Source of the DNA: Candidatus Woesearchaeota archaeon
GTDB taxonomy: Archaea > Nanobdellota > Nanobdellia > Woesearchaeales > BS150m-G63
DNA: 64,000 nucleotides
Direction of reading: 5' to 3'
Assembly: GCA_016784165.1 (NCBI GenBank)
Contig: JADHVD010000005.1
Span: 3,385-67,384 of the forward strand
Shown: positions 30,703 through 40,427 of the stretch, piece after piece
Position numbering within the stretch: the first letter of the stretch is position 1
Layout: every line of letters starts with the position of its first letter
Position numbers and translations under genes: made by a program
Notes under the pieces: generated by a model
What the model was told of the DNA's origin: nothing
Databases searched by the model: none
What the model saw: only the letters and a program-made list of their open reading frames with translations

Positions 30703-31020
30703 TTTTCGTGTTTGAACCCCCTTTTGGTGTGTTTTTTTTATTTTTTGTGAGCATACAATTAATATACTCCATTATATATTTAGGAATATGAATATCCCCC
30801 TTACATAATATTTATATTAGAGTAATGATACTCCAACTATTAAGAACAAGTGTGTTACTTGCTACCAACAAGTAATTCAAACCAAGACCAAGCTTGTTTC
30901 ACGGAAATAAGACTGATTAACTCTTCATTTCCACCAGAACGTTAAAAGATGTGAGTTTTCTACCAAAAAACTCGGTTTTATTTATTTCTTATTAGTAGCT
31001 AAACTAATATATAAATGTTT
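30703..31020 (-). promoter_or_regulatory. ftsZ promoter and long multi-hairpin 5' leader candidate
   Basis: Minus-strand TTTATATA near 31008-15; hairpins at about 30953-73, 30927-40, 30855-75, 30817-36, 30782-99; GGGGGT RBS at 30716-21. Confidence 0.55.
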
Positions 31021-31071
31021 TTATTCTATAGAATATATATTAAAAAAGATATTAACCAAAAAAATCCATTT

Positions 31072-31605
31072 TTATCGACGATAAAGACTCTTTTTCACTT
31101 TAGGAAATAGCTCCATTCCTTTCATCTGTTCAAACTGATCTCTCCCTAAAGATAATATAGAAACAATAAAATTATGTTTCTCTTTTATTTCTGCACATAA
31201 TCTTTTTACCCCACCAGCATCAATATTTTCACCAATAAGCAACACACTTGCACGCTTTTCAGTTTCCTTGCCATGTAAGATTATCTCGTCTATAAAATCC
31301 ATATTTTTAGCTGAATTAACAAACTCCTCAAGCGCTCTTTTCTTTTCTTTCAATATCCCTTCTAAAAACAAAGTATTATCATTATCAGCTAATTTATACA
31401 ACTTAAACTTCTTGATCATAACCTGTTCAACCACCTTTAACTCAACCAATCTTTTAACTATTCTAAAAGTAGTAGCCACAGGAACATCAACATCCTTAGA
31501 AATTTCCCTCAAATAAAACTCTTCATCTTTATCGTCGAGAAATAACCTTAATATCTTCAAAGATTTAGTATCAAATAAATTCCCCAACAAGTTTTCATCA
31601 TGCAT
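31072..31605 (-). CDS. Winged-helix regulator fused to degenerate minimal-nucleotidyltransferase-like domain (ORF track start 31644)
   Basis: EFYLREISK...VATTFRIVKRL wHTH; IILHGK...ASVLLIG lacks the GS and DxD of active MNT. Confidence 0.75.
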   Translation of the reverse strand: MHDENLLGNLFDTKSLKILRLFLDDKDEEFYLREISKDVDVPVATTFRIVKRLVELKVVEQVMIKKFKLYKLADNDNTLFLEGILKEKKRALEEFVNSAKNMDFIDEIILHGKETEKRASVLLIGENIDAGGVKRLCAEIKEKHNFIVSILSLGRDQFEQMKGMELFPKVKKSLYRR

Positions 31606-31638
31606 AATCCAACCAACACATAACTGATATATATAGTT

Positions 31639-31671
31639 TTCCATTTTTGAAACAGTGTTCCATTTTTGAAA
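31639..31671. promoter_or_regulatory. 14-bp direct repeat next to the TATA box of the wHTH gene, candidate operator
   Basis: TTCCATTTTTGAAA-cagtg-TTCCATTTTTGAAA. Confidence 0.55.
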
Positions 31672-31850
31672 ACATCAGACAATACACAAATCAATCACAG
31701 CAAAAGAAAACAATTAAAAACTAAAATAAATTCACAATGTTCCTTATTCAATTATTTATTTATTCAAACAAATCAAATATCTTTTTGGATGATGTTTGAC
31801 ACTTAAAGGTAGTAACAAAATAGAAACATTTATATAGAGGAAAATCAATT

Positions 31851-32657
31851 ATGAAAGATATAACATCTAAAGGTATTCAAATGAATAAAAAATATTTACA
31901 TACTTTGGAAGATCAGATAGTAAAAGATGTTTACTCTGCCATTTCCAAATGTCAAAAAGATAACCAATATTTTTGTGGAGGTATGAGTACTCAGTTTTTT
32001 CTACCAGAACATCTCCATAGAACCAGCTCAGATATAGATACAAATGGGGTTCAAAAATTATCTCTTGGAGAATTCCAAAGATCAATTATACCTGGTTTAG
32101 AAGAATTATTAAGCAAAGGATATAAACAAAGCACTAAAAAGAAAAGAGCAACTTATGACATCCAATTAGAAAATGAAAACAGTATTATAATTCTTCAATA
32201 CCCTAGAAAAAGTACAAGTTCTTATCCTTGGCTTCAAAAAGTTACAGAAAAAGAAAATTCAAATGCTCAAACAGTGAATTTTGAAGGAAATAAATTAAGA
32301 ATAACACCTACGGAAGATTTAATTTTGCACAAATTATTAAGATCTAAACGTTTCGTTGAAGGATATAATTTAAAAAATCCAAAAAGCACTAAATTAGTGA
32401 GCTTACAAAATTCAATAAACGATTTAAAAAGAGATTATACAATAAATCAATTTAATCTAGATCCACAAGAATCTCAAAGAGCTATTGCAAAAATAAGATT
32501 ATATGCAGATATATTTGATATCATGGCTCTTTCAAGATATAAGGGATTAGATAAAAATTATTTCTTAGAAAGTATGCAAGACTACAATAGATTAAAGAAA
32601 GATAAAGGAAAAATTATAGATTATTTAGAAACATTATCCCCAAACGTATTCAAATAA
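31851..32657 (+). CDS. Pol-beta-superfamily nucleotidyltransferase-like protein (AbiEii-like motifs)
   Basis: CGGMS, HRTSSDID, EDLILHKL, C-terminal DIFDI. Confidence 0.65.
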   Translation: MKDITSKGIQMNKKYLHTLEDQIVKDVYSAISKCQKDNQYFCGGMSTQFFLPEHLHRTSSDIDTNGVQKLSLGEFQRSIIPGLEELLSKGYKQSTKKKRATYDIQLENENSIIILQYPRKSTSSYPWLQKVTEKENSNAQTVNFEGNKLRITPTEDLILHKLLRSKRFVEGYNLKNPKSTKLVSLQNSINDLKRDYTINQFNLDPQESQRAIAKIRLYADIFDIMALSRYKGLDKNYFLESMQDYNRLKKDKGKIIDYLETLSPNVFK

Positions 32658-32676
32658 GAATAAAAGTAAATTTTAA

Positions 32677-34605
32677 TCATCTTTGACTATGATATAATTC
32701 TTTAACAAGCTCAAGTGTGCTAGCTTCATTAATCGGCTTATCTTCCCTTATTTGAATCATCCTTGGGAATCTTAGCGCATATCCGCTATTATAAGTAGGA
32801 CTTTTTTGAATTTCTTCATAATTAACTTCAACAACTAAAGTCGGCTTAATCACCACTTTTGTGCCTTTTTCGGCAGTTATCAAAGGTTTCAATAATTTAG
32901 TTAATTGATCAAATGTAGCCCCAACACCTTCAGTTTCCAATTCTTTAATACCTGTACCAACTTTCCCTATCCCATATAGATTTCCTTCTTCGTCTACACA
33001 AGCAATCTCAAAACTACTCAACCACCCTTTTCTTTTACCTTTCCCCCATTCAGCACCAATAATCACTAAATCTAATGTTTCCATCACTGGTTTAACTTTA
33101 ACACCATAACCCACCCTAGAACCCGGTTTATATGGTGCATCTAATTTTTTAACCATTATTCCTTCTTCACCTGCATCAAGAGATTCACTGTAAAACTTTT
33201 CAGCCTCTTCGACGCTTTCAGTAATTAATTGTTTTGCAAGCACAACTTTATATGGTTCTTCTTTAACAGCCTTAACAAGTACTGCTCTCCTTTTACTAAA
33301 TGGTTCTTTCAACAAATTTTTTCCATTATAAAAAACAATATCAAAAGTATTCAGTTCAACAGGAAGTTCATCACACATTTTTTCAATATCATATTTTCTT
33401 TTTATTCTTTGAGAAATACCTTGAAAGGGGAGATAAGTTTTAGTTTTCTTATCATATCCAACAACTTCTGCATCTATTATAAAAGAATCTCCTTTAACAT
33501 TTTTCTTAACAACTTTAACAATATCAGGAAATTGAGTTGTAACATCATCTAATCTTCTTGTAAATATCTTAATTCCTGATTTAAATTTGTGTATTTGAAT
33601 CCTAAATCCATCATATTTATACTCAATCGCAGCAGGAATCCCTACAGTTTCAAAAGCATCTGTAATTCCTTTAGATTTTTGATAAAGCATTACTTTTATT
33701 GGCTTTCCAGCTTCCATTTCAACATCAAGTAACCCGTCAATCCCTTTTTTCCTAGCAATTACTGCAACTTCAGAAAAATCATTTTTCATATCATAAGCTG
33801 ACTGCACAATCTCAATAAGGTAATTATAACATCCTCTTGCTAACACATCTGTTTCACAAACAATAAAATCATATTTTTGAATATCTTTCAGATCTTTTAA
33901 ACTCGTAACTTCCAAAACCTTATTTCCTTTATCTAATCTATTAATCTCGTTTGAAAATTTATTATCAATAGATTCCCCACATTCAACACATTTATCGGCA
34001 TTAGGGATAAATTTTCCACATTTTTGACACTTAAAAAATATTCCAGCTATAGGGGGGAAACAACTCCACACAATAGCGTCCCTTATTGTACCTTCACCAA
34101 CACCCACACGCAGATCCTCAAGTACTGTTCTCACAATATATCTTGCTTCATCAGGACTTGCACTACTCAACAAACCAGAAATAATCTTCACTTTTTGGTC
34201 TACAGCGCCTTTTCCAGTTACAGTGGTTAATTTTCTTAAATCTTTGAACACTTTTTCAACATCAAGAGATTGAGAAAACAAAGTTACTTGCTTTTTTTCA
34301 GAAATAAAATTCTTAGCGCATTCACCCAAATCACCTGTTTGCCCCCAACCCTCTTCAATTTTCTTTACACTTATTCCTGTAGCAACATTGATCGCTTTAA
34401 GCACCAACCTAGAAGCAACTCCTATCTCTTGTTTATCCCATGCAGGATATAATTCCCCTCTTAACAACAATAAAGCCATACTCAATTCATCAAGAGGTAT
34501 TTTCTTAATCAATTTAGAAACAAAATATGTTTTCTCTAGTCTTTTAGTTGTACCACTAATTTTTTCATACACTTCAACAAGCTCTTTGTATAACATAATT
34601 ATCAA
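32677..34605 (-). CDS. lig: ATP-dependent DNA ligase with inserted C4 zinc ribbon
   Basis: EYKYDGFRIQIH, EGIMVK, Y.PGSR, ALRFPR. Confidence 0.97.
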   Translation of the reverse strand: MIIMLYKELVEVYEKISGTTKRLEKTYFVSKLIKKIPLDELSMALLLLRGELYPAWDKQEIGVASRLVLKAINVATGISVKKIEEGWGQTGDLGECAKNFISEKKQVTLFSQSLDVEKVFKDLRKLTTVTGKGAVDQKVKIISGLLSSASPDEARYIVRTVLEDLRVGVGEGTIRDAIVWSCFPPIAGIFFKCQKCGKFIPNADKCVECGESIDNKFSNEINRLDKGNKVLEVTSLKDLKDIQKYDFIVCETDVLARGCYNYLIEIVQSAYDMKNDFSEVAVIARKKGIDGLLDVEMEAGKPIKVMLYQKSKGITDAFETVGIPAAIEYKYDGFRIQIHKFKSGIKIFTRRLDDVTTQFPDIVKVVKKNVKGDSFIIDAEVVGYDKKTKTYLPFQGISQRIKRKYDIEKMCDELPVELNTFDIVFYNGKNLLKEPFSKRRAVLVKAVKEEPYKVVLAKQLITESVEEAEKFYSESLDAGEEGIMVKKLDAPYKPGSRVGYGVKVKPVMETLDLVIIGAEWGKGKRKGWLSSFEIACVDEEGNLYGIGKVGTGIKELETEGVGATFDQLTKLLKPLITAEKGTKVVIKPTLVVEVNYEEIQKSPTYNSGYALRFPRMIQIREDKPINEASTLELVKELYHSQR

Positions 34606-34717
34606 TAAATATAAATATTAGTAGATATTTAAAACTTTTGAAGAAAACCTTAAGGATGATTTTAAGAGTTTTTTAAACTTTGAAAAAAGGTTTAAGCTTA
34701 AAGAATTACAAAAGAGT

Positions 34718-35410
34718 GTGAACAAAGTGGACATCCTAGAATGCATAAAAGGTAGACGTTCTATTAGAAGATATCTTGATCTAGAAATACCAAAAGAAAA
34801 AATAGGTATAATTATTGAAGCAGGAGCAATGGCACCCTCTTCTGGAAACTTACAAAATTGGAGATTTATTATAGTAAAAGATAAAGAAACCAGAAAACAA
34901 TTAGCAAACGCATGTTTACAACAAGATTGGATGGCAACAGCACCAGTACATATAGTTATTTGTGGAATAGATGAAGTAGCTAGACAATTTTATGGTATAA
35001 GGGGCGAAAGACTTTACACTATTCAAAATTGTGCAGCTGCAATGCAAAACATGTTATTAACAGCACATGATTTAGAACTAGGAGCTTGTTGGGTTGGCGC
35101 TTTTGATGAAAACATGGTGAGAAAGGCAGTTTCAATTCCAGAAAACGCAAGACCTCAAGCAATAATCACCCTAGGAATTCCAAATGAAATAGTTCCAGAA
35201 CCAAAAAAAACAGACCTTACCCATTTAGCATTCATCGAAAAATATAACAATAAAGTTGAAGATATTGAATCTGTGATGGGTTTTTATGGTGCAGCAATGC
35301 AACAGAGATTACAAAAAGGAAAAGAAGCATTAGACAAAACAGGAGCCCATTTAGGAAAACATGGAAAAAGAATTTTAGAAAAAATAAAAGAAAAAATCAA
35401 TAAAAGATAA
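34718..35410 (+). CDS. Nitroreductase family protein
   Basis: RRSIRRY, APSSGNLQNW, LGACWVGAF. Confidence 0.93.
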   Translation: MNKVDILECIKGRRSIRRYLDLEIPKEKIGIIIEAGAMAPSSGNLQNWRFIIVKDKETRKQLANACLQQDWMATAPVHIVICGIDEVARQFYGIRGERLYTIQNCAAAMQNMLLTAHDLELGACWVGAFDENMVRKAVSIPENARPQAIITLGIPNEIVPEPKKTDLTHLAFIEKYNNKVEDIESVMGFYGAAMQQRLQKGKEALDKTGAHLGKHGKRILEKIKEKINKR

Positions 35411-35460
35411 ATTTATCCTCTATTTATTTACATTTATTCTAAATATTTATAAACTCATTC

Positions 35461-37158
35461 TTGATTTTAAGCACAATGAAAGAATTTTACAAAGAAATTA
35501 TCAATATAATAAAAGAAAAAAACCTTAACAAAGAACAAATAACAAAACTAAAACTTAAATTATGTTCTAAATATAAACTAAAAAAAATTCCAACAGATAT
35601 AGAGATTCTACTTAATACAAAACCAAAAGACATTTCAAAATTAAAACAACTACAAACAAAACCAGTTAGAACTATTAGTGGAGTAGCAATTATTGCAATA
35701 ATGACTAAACCCTTCAAATGCCCTCATGGTAAATGTATAATGTGTCCTGGAGGTCCTGATTCTTTTTTTGGAGATATTCCTCAAAGCTATACAGGAAAAG
35801 AACCAGCAACAATGAGGGGAATAAGGAATCACTTCGATCCTTACCTACAAGTTATGAATCGGCTTGAACAATACGCTGTTCTCGGCCATAATTTTGAAAA
35901 AATAGAGCTAATAGTGATGGGTGGCACTTTCCCAAGCTTTCCAAAAAAATACAAAGAAGATTTCATTCTTTACTCTTTCAAAGCTATGAATGATTTTTCA
36001 AAACTCTTTTTCAAAAACAATAAATTAGATATTCTAAAATTCAAAAAATTCTTTGAACTTCCACATGATATCAATGACGAAGAAAGAAAGAAAAGAATTC
36101 ATAAAAAACTTTTAGCACTAAAAACTAAGAAAACCACAACAATAGAAAAAGAGCAAAAAATAAACGAAAACTCAGATGTAAAGTGTGTTGGATTAACAAT
36201 AGAAACACGGCCAGATTATGCAACTTTAGAACACGCAAATGAACTATTAAGATTCGGCTGTACTAGAATTGAATTGGGAGTTCAAACAACCTCCAACAAA
36301 ACATTAAACTTCATCAAAAGAGGACACACCATAGAAGATTCAATAAAGGCAACAACCACATTAAAAGAGCTAGGATTCAAAATCAATTACCACATGATGC
36401 CTGGATTACCTTTTTCAAACAAAAAAACAGACCTAAAAATCCTAAACTCTTTATTCACTAATCAAAATTTTCAGCCAGATATGTTGAAATTATATCCTTG
36501 TATGGTGCTCCCAGGAACAGAACTCTATAAACTCTGGAAACAAAAAAAATTCAAACCAATAACCACCAAACAAGCAGCAGAAATGCTCATTGAATTCAAA
36601 AAAAATGTTCCACCTTATGTGAGAATCATGCGAGTACAAAGAGACATTCCAACTTACGCAACATCAGCGGGCGTTTCTCAAACAAATTTAAGACAATCTA
36701 TGCATCAATTAATGGAAAAAAAACAGATAAAATGTAATTGTATCCGTTGTAGAGAACCAAAAAAAGAAAACCTATTCAAACCAACCACAATAATCAGAAT
36801 TTACAAAGCATCCAATGGTACAGAATTTTTTATATCTTCTGAAGACACAAAAAAGAATAAATTACTAGGATTCTGCAGATTAAGACTTCCAGCAAGTTCA
36901 CTAAGAAAAGAGATTACAAAAGATTCTGCTTTAATCAGAGAACTCCATATTTATGGTGCAGCAACAGGAATTGGAAAATCAGGAAAAGTTCAACATAAAG
37001 GTTTAGGAAAATCATTATTAAAAAAAGCAGAACAGATTGCAAAACAAAACAACAAAAACAAAATAGTGGTTATCAGTGGAGTAGGTGTAAGGAATTATTA
37101 CAAAAAACTCGGCTACAAAAAACAAGGACCTTATATGGTTAAAAAATTAAGTTTGTGA
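35461..37158 (+). CDS. elp3: Elp3 radical-SAM/KAT tRNA U34 acetyltransferase
   Basis: CPHGKCIMCPGG, ETRPD, RELHIYG, QHKGLG, ISGVGVRNYY. Confidence 0.96.
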   Translation: MILSTMKEFYKEIINIIKEKNLNKEQITKLKLKLCSKYKLKKIPTDIEILLNTKPKDISKLKQLQTKPVRTISGVAIIAIMTKPFKCPHGKCIMCPGGPDSFFGDIPQSYTGKEPATMRGIRNHFDPYLQVMNRLEQYAVLGHNFEKIELIVMGGTFPSFPKKYKEDFILYSFKAMNDFSKLFFKNNKLDILKFKKFFELPHDINDEERKKRIHKKLLALKTKKTTTIEKEQKINENSDVKCVGLTIETRPDYATLEHANELLRFGCTRIELGVQTTSNKTLNFIKRGHTIEDSIKATTTLKELGFKINYHMMPGLPFSNKKTDLKILNSLFTNQNFQPDMLKLYPCMVLPGTELYKLWKQKKFKPITTKQAAEMLIEFKKNVPPYVRIMRVQRDIPTYATSAGVSQTNLRQSMHQLMEKKQIKCNCIRCREPKKENLFKPTTIIRIYKASNGTEFFISSEDTKKNKLLGFCRLRLPASSLRKEITKDSALIRELHIYGAATGIGKSGKVQHKGLGKSLLKKAEQIAKQNNKNKIVVISGVGVRNYYKKLGYKKQGPYMVKKLSL

Positions 37159-37245
37159 GTAAAATTTAAATACTCCACTTAAAATAATAAATTAAAGAGG
37201 TGAAATATACATTAAACCTCTCTAATTCTAAGAGAGAATATTAAA

Positions 37246-37998
37246 ATGACATTAGACCAACTTATCAACAGAAAAGAAGCAGGAAAAATCCTAGATGTTA
37301 ATGGAAGAACTATACCTAGATATGCTCAAAAATGTCTTCTCACTAAAATAAAACAAGGATATAAACACCTATATTCCAAAAAAGAAGTAGAACAATTAAA
37401 ACATAAGTTTGAAATAAAAAATGCCTTAAATGATTACATAAGGGAGATTTATGTTTTAAGAAAAAGTAAGATTAAACCATCGAGAATAATAAAGGAATTT
37501 AACATAAAAAACACCCTTCCAGATTTAAACATTAGCAATAGTTCAAAAATAGAACAAGCCTTAGAAGTATATAACTGCAGTAGAGAATCATATCTTAATA
37601 AATTTAACATACACAAACGGGATTGCCCAAACATACTCTTAGTTAGAGAAACAATGGCTCGATTAAAAATCAAAGATCCTCATGTGATTTACGACTTAAT
37701 TGAAAATGGGAGTTTAGAACCAAGAATCACTCTTTTTAATGGAAAAGCACACCATTTCATTAGTATGGATTCATTAAATGATTTTTTGGGAAAATATTCT
37801 AACAAATTTCTTTATCGTTCCCACACAGCTTCAGAAAAAATAGGAAAAAGTATTGAAGAAATAGACAGAATCGCTCACCATTATAATATTGGTTTCAAAA
37901 TAAAAGACACAAAACAGGGAAATTATCTTTTTTCAGGTAGGGATATAAGAAAACTCAAAAGTCTAAATTACCACAATAACTACAAGAAAAACATTTAA
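37246..37998 (+). CDS. Protein with repeated MerR/excisionase-like HTH units
   Basis: INRKEAGKILDV..RTI.RY...LYSKKEVEQL, plus two similar C-terminal units. Confidence 0.65.
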   Translation: MTLDQLINRKEAGKILDVNGRTIPRYAQKCLLTKIKQGYKHLYSKKEVEQLKHKFEIKNALNDYIREIYVLRKSKIKPSRIIKEFNIKNTLPDLNISNSSKIEQALEVYNCSRESYLNKFNIHKRDCPNILLVRETMARLKIKDPHVIYDLIENGSLEPRITLFNGKAHHFISMDSLNDFLGKYSNKFLYRSHTASEKIGKSIEEIDRIAHHYNIGFKIKDTKQGNYLFSGRDIRKLKSLNYHNNYKKNI

Positions 37999-38063
37999 GA
38001 TTGAATAATCTTCAAAAGTTCTTTTTTCTTTTCAACCATCAATTTAGAATTTTTTGCTTCTAA
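37984..38063 (-). pseudogene. Diverged duplicate of the last ~23 codons of the phosphomannomutase gene
   Basis: Encodes LEAKNSKLMVEKKKELLKIIQS* vs LEAKTLILLKEKKEELLKIIRS*; 80-bp unit repeated at 38094-38173. Confidence 0.85.
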
Positions 38064-38104
38064 GTTTTGCAAAGTTTTCCAAGTAAAACCTTGAAGAAAA
38101 ACAT

Positions 38105-39427
38105 TTAAGAACGTATAATTTTTAATAACTCTTCTTTTTTCTCTTTCAAAAGAATTAATGTTTTTGCTTCTAAATTCAATCTAAGCAATGGCTCTGTATT
38201 ACTCGGCCTTACATTAAACCACCAATCATCAAAATCAACCCTTACACCATCAAGCCAAGAAACCCTTCCTTTTTTATAACTCTCAGCCAACTCTTTCATC
38301 TTAGCTTCTTTATCTCCCACTTCTGAATTTATTTCCCCAGAATTAAAATATTTTTTCAAAGGCCTGATTAATTCAGAAAAAGGAATATTTTTAGCACTCA
38401 AAAGATTCATAACCCAAATAGCTGTAATTATCCCAGAATCTGTAAAAAAGTTATCCTTAAAATAAAAATGACCTGATAATTCTCCTGCAAAAACAGCACT
38501 GTCTTCTCTCATTTTTTGTTTGATAAAAGAATGACCCACACGACATCTTAAACTCCTGCCACCAAACTTTTCAATCATTTCAGGAACAATCCAAGAACTT
38601 CTCAAATCATAAAGCACTAAAGAATTTGATTTATGTTTTAAAATCTCTTCTGAAATCAAAGCAGTAATAAAATCAGAAGGCACTAATTCTCCTTCATTAT
38701 CTATAAAGAAAACCCTATCAGCATCACCATCAAAAGCAATTCCAAGCTCAGCTTTTTCAGCAATCACTCTTTTTTTCAACACTTCTAAAACCCCTTTCTT
38801 CATAGGATTAGCATCATGATTGGGAAATGTGCCATCAATTTCAAAATAAAGTGGAACAACATCAACCAACAATTCTTTTTGTATCAAAGAAAAATCCTGA
38901 GCACCCATTCCATTAGCACAATCAACAACCACTTTCAATTCTTTTATACCTTTAACAAAAGATAACAAATGTTTTTTGTATTCTTCTTTAACATCTTTTT
39001 CAGTCACTTTTCCAATTTTCGTAACTTTCTTAAATTCCTCTTTATCCACCTTATCTTTTATCTCCATTATTCCTGTATCGCCAGAAATAGGTATTGCTTC
39101 TTCACGAGTAAACTTCACTCCATTGTATTCTTTAGGATTATGGGATGCAGTAATCATAGCCATACCATCAGCACCCAAATGTGCACTTGCAAAATAAGCC
39201 ATAGGAGTAGAAGTCAAACCAAAATTAATCACATTTTTTCCTTGAAGTGTAACTCCTTTAACAAAAGCATCAAAAAGCTTTGGTCCAGAAACCCTCATAT
39301 CATAACCAACAGCAATATTTTTCCCTTTAATAAAATCAGCAAACGCTCTGCCTATTTTCTCCATTATTTTTTCATTTAATTCTTTAGGATAAACACCCCT
39401 TATATCATAAGCTTTGAAAATTCCCAT
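38105..39427 (-). CDS. manB: Phosphomannomutase/phosphoglucomutase
   Basis: FKAYDIRG, ITASHNP, FDGDADR, GELSGH, RPSNTEP. Confidence 0.96.
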   Translation of the reverse strand: MGIFKAYDIRGVYPKELNEKIMEKIGRAFADFIKGKNIAVGYDMRVSGPKLFDAFVKGVTLQGKNVINFGLTSTPMAYFASAHLGADGMAMITASHNPKEYNGVKFTREEAIPISGDTGIMEIKDKVDKEEFKKVTKIGKVTEKDVKEEYKKHLLSFVKGIKELKVVVDCANGMGAQDFSLIQKELLVDVVPLYFEIDGTFPNHDANPMKKGVLEVLKKRVIAEKAELGIAFDGDADRVFFIDNEGELVPSDFITALISEEILKHKSNSLVLYDLRSSWIVPEMIEKFGGRSLRCRVGHSFIKQKMREDSAVFAGELSGHFYFKDNFFTDSGIITAIWVMNLLSAKNIPFSELIRPLKKYFNSGEINSEVGDKEAKMKELAESYKKGRVSWLDGVRVDFDDWWFNVRPSNTEPLLRLNLEAKTLILLKEKKEELLKIIRS

Positions 39428-39428
39428 T

Positions 39429-40265
39429 TTAGACCAAATCCTTCCATTCTTTTATAGCTTTATCATATCTCTCAATATTTCCAGTGTCAAACCACTGTCC
39501 AGAAAAAGGATATCCATACAACTTACCTTGTTCTGCTAATTTTGGAAAAATATCTTTTTCTAACATAGTAAAACCATCTGGAATCATATCAATCACTTCT
39601 GGTTCAACAATATAAAATCCAGAATTGATAAGTTTAGATGGTGCATCTTCTTTTTTAGGTTTCTCAACAAACTCAAGTATTCTCGAACCAGACAATCTTG
39701 CAACCCCATATTGGCTTGGATCTTCAACAGTAGTCAAAGCAATAGTAACTAAAGCATTATTTTCTTTATGTACTTTGTACATCTCTTCAATATCTATATC
39801 TTTCAACTCATCACCATTTGAAACAATAAATGTATCTTTTAACATTTCTTTTGCTAATTTTATTGGTCCTGCAGTTCCCAAAGGTTCTTTCTCTTCAACA
39901 TATTTTACTTTCATCCCAAATTTAGAACCATCTCCAAAATAATCAATTATTTTTTCCCTCAAATAACCTACAGCCATCACAGTTTCATTAACATCATATT
40001 TTTTGAATAAATCAAACAAGTGTTCTGTTAAAGTTTTTCCATGAATTGGTAATAATGCTTTAGGAATCTCATAAGTTAAGGGTCTTAACCTTGTTCCAGT
40101 TCCACCAACCAAAATTATTGCTTTTTTAGGAATATGTGCTTTTAACGCTTTAGAGATTAACAATTCCACAGCGTGACTTCTGTTTTTAATATTAAATCCA
40201 TCTACTTTTTTATCAACTAATTTAAGAATTCCTTGATCAAGTGTTAGTGTTACTCTTTCTTTCAC
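39429..40265 (-). CDS. Ribbon-helix-helix domain fused to sugar-1-phosphate nucleotidyltransferase
   Basis: N-term MKERVTLTLD...NRSHAVELLI (RHH); GGTGTRLRPLT..IPK, EPLGTAG, NGD, FVEKP, WFDTG. Confidence 0.92.
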   Translation of the reverse strand: MKERVTLTLDQGILKLVDKKVDGFNIKNRSHAVELLISKALKAHIPKKAIILVGGTGTRLRPLTYEIPKALLPIHGKTLTEHLFDLFKKYDVNETVMAVGYLREKIIDYFGDGSKFGMKVKYVEEKEPLGTAGPIKLAKEMLKDTFIVSNGDELKDIDIEEMYKVHKENNALVTIALTTVEDPSQYGVARLSGSRILEFVEKPKKEDAPSKLINSGFYIVEPEVIDMIPDGFTMLEKDIFPKLAEQGKLYGYPFSGQWFDTGNIERYDKAIKEWKDLV

Positions 40266-40312
40266 GGTTTGATATAAATAATATAAATAATATATAAATC
40301 TTTTGTTTTTGC

Positions 40313-40427
40313 AAAAAAAGTATGATACTAAATAAATACTTTTTTTAGACGAGAAAATTCTAAAAACCGCAAAGTTTCCGAAAGGTTTATATACAAAGTA
40401 ATACTTTATATGATGATATCATACTTT
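40313..40427. promoter_or_regulatory. Divergent promoter region with GTATGA/TCATAC-type half-sites
   Basis: AGTATGATACT palindrome 40319-29; GTAATA(40398)-N15-TCATAC(40419-24) just downstream of TTTATATA 40386-93. Confidence 0.55.

Noticed and set aside
30703..31000. SRP RNA, RNase P RNA or a cdrS ORF upstream of ftsZ
   Set aside because: No SRP helix-8 or RNase P P4 consensus, AT-rich, and no RHH-like reading frame found
33820..34060. Intein in DNA ligase
   Set aside because: No C-terminal HN/C-S-T junction and too short
37984..38173. Repeat pair as DGR template/variable region
   Set aside because: Mismatches are not adenine-specific, many are synonymous, and no reverse transcriptase is in the window
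38969..39379. Antisense and nested ORFs in the track (e.g. 38969-39379, 49894-50370, 57297-57662, 46461-46814)
   Set aside because: Shadow frames of well-supported genes, with no motifs or start signals
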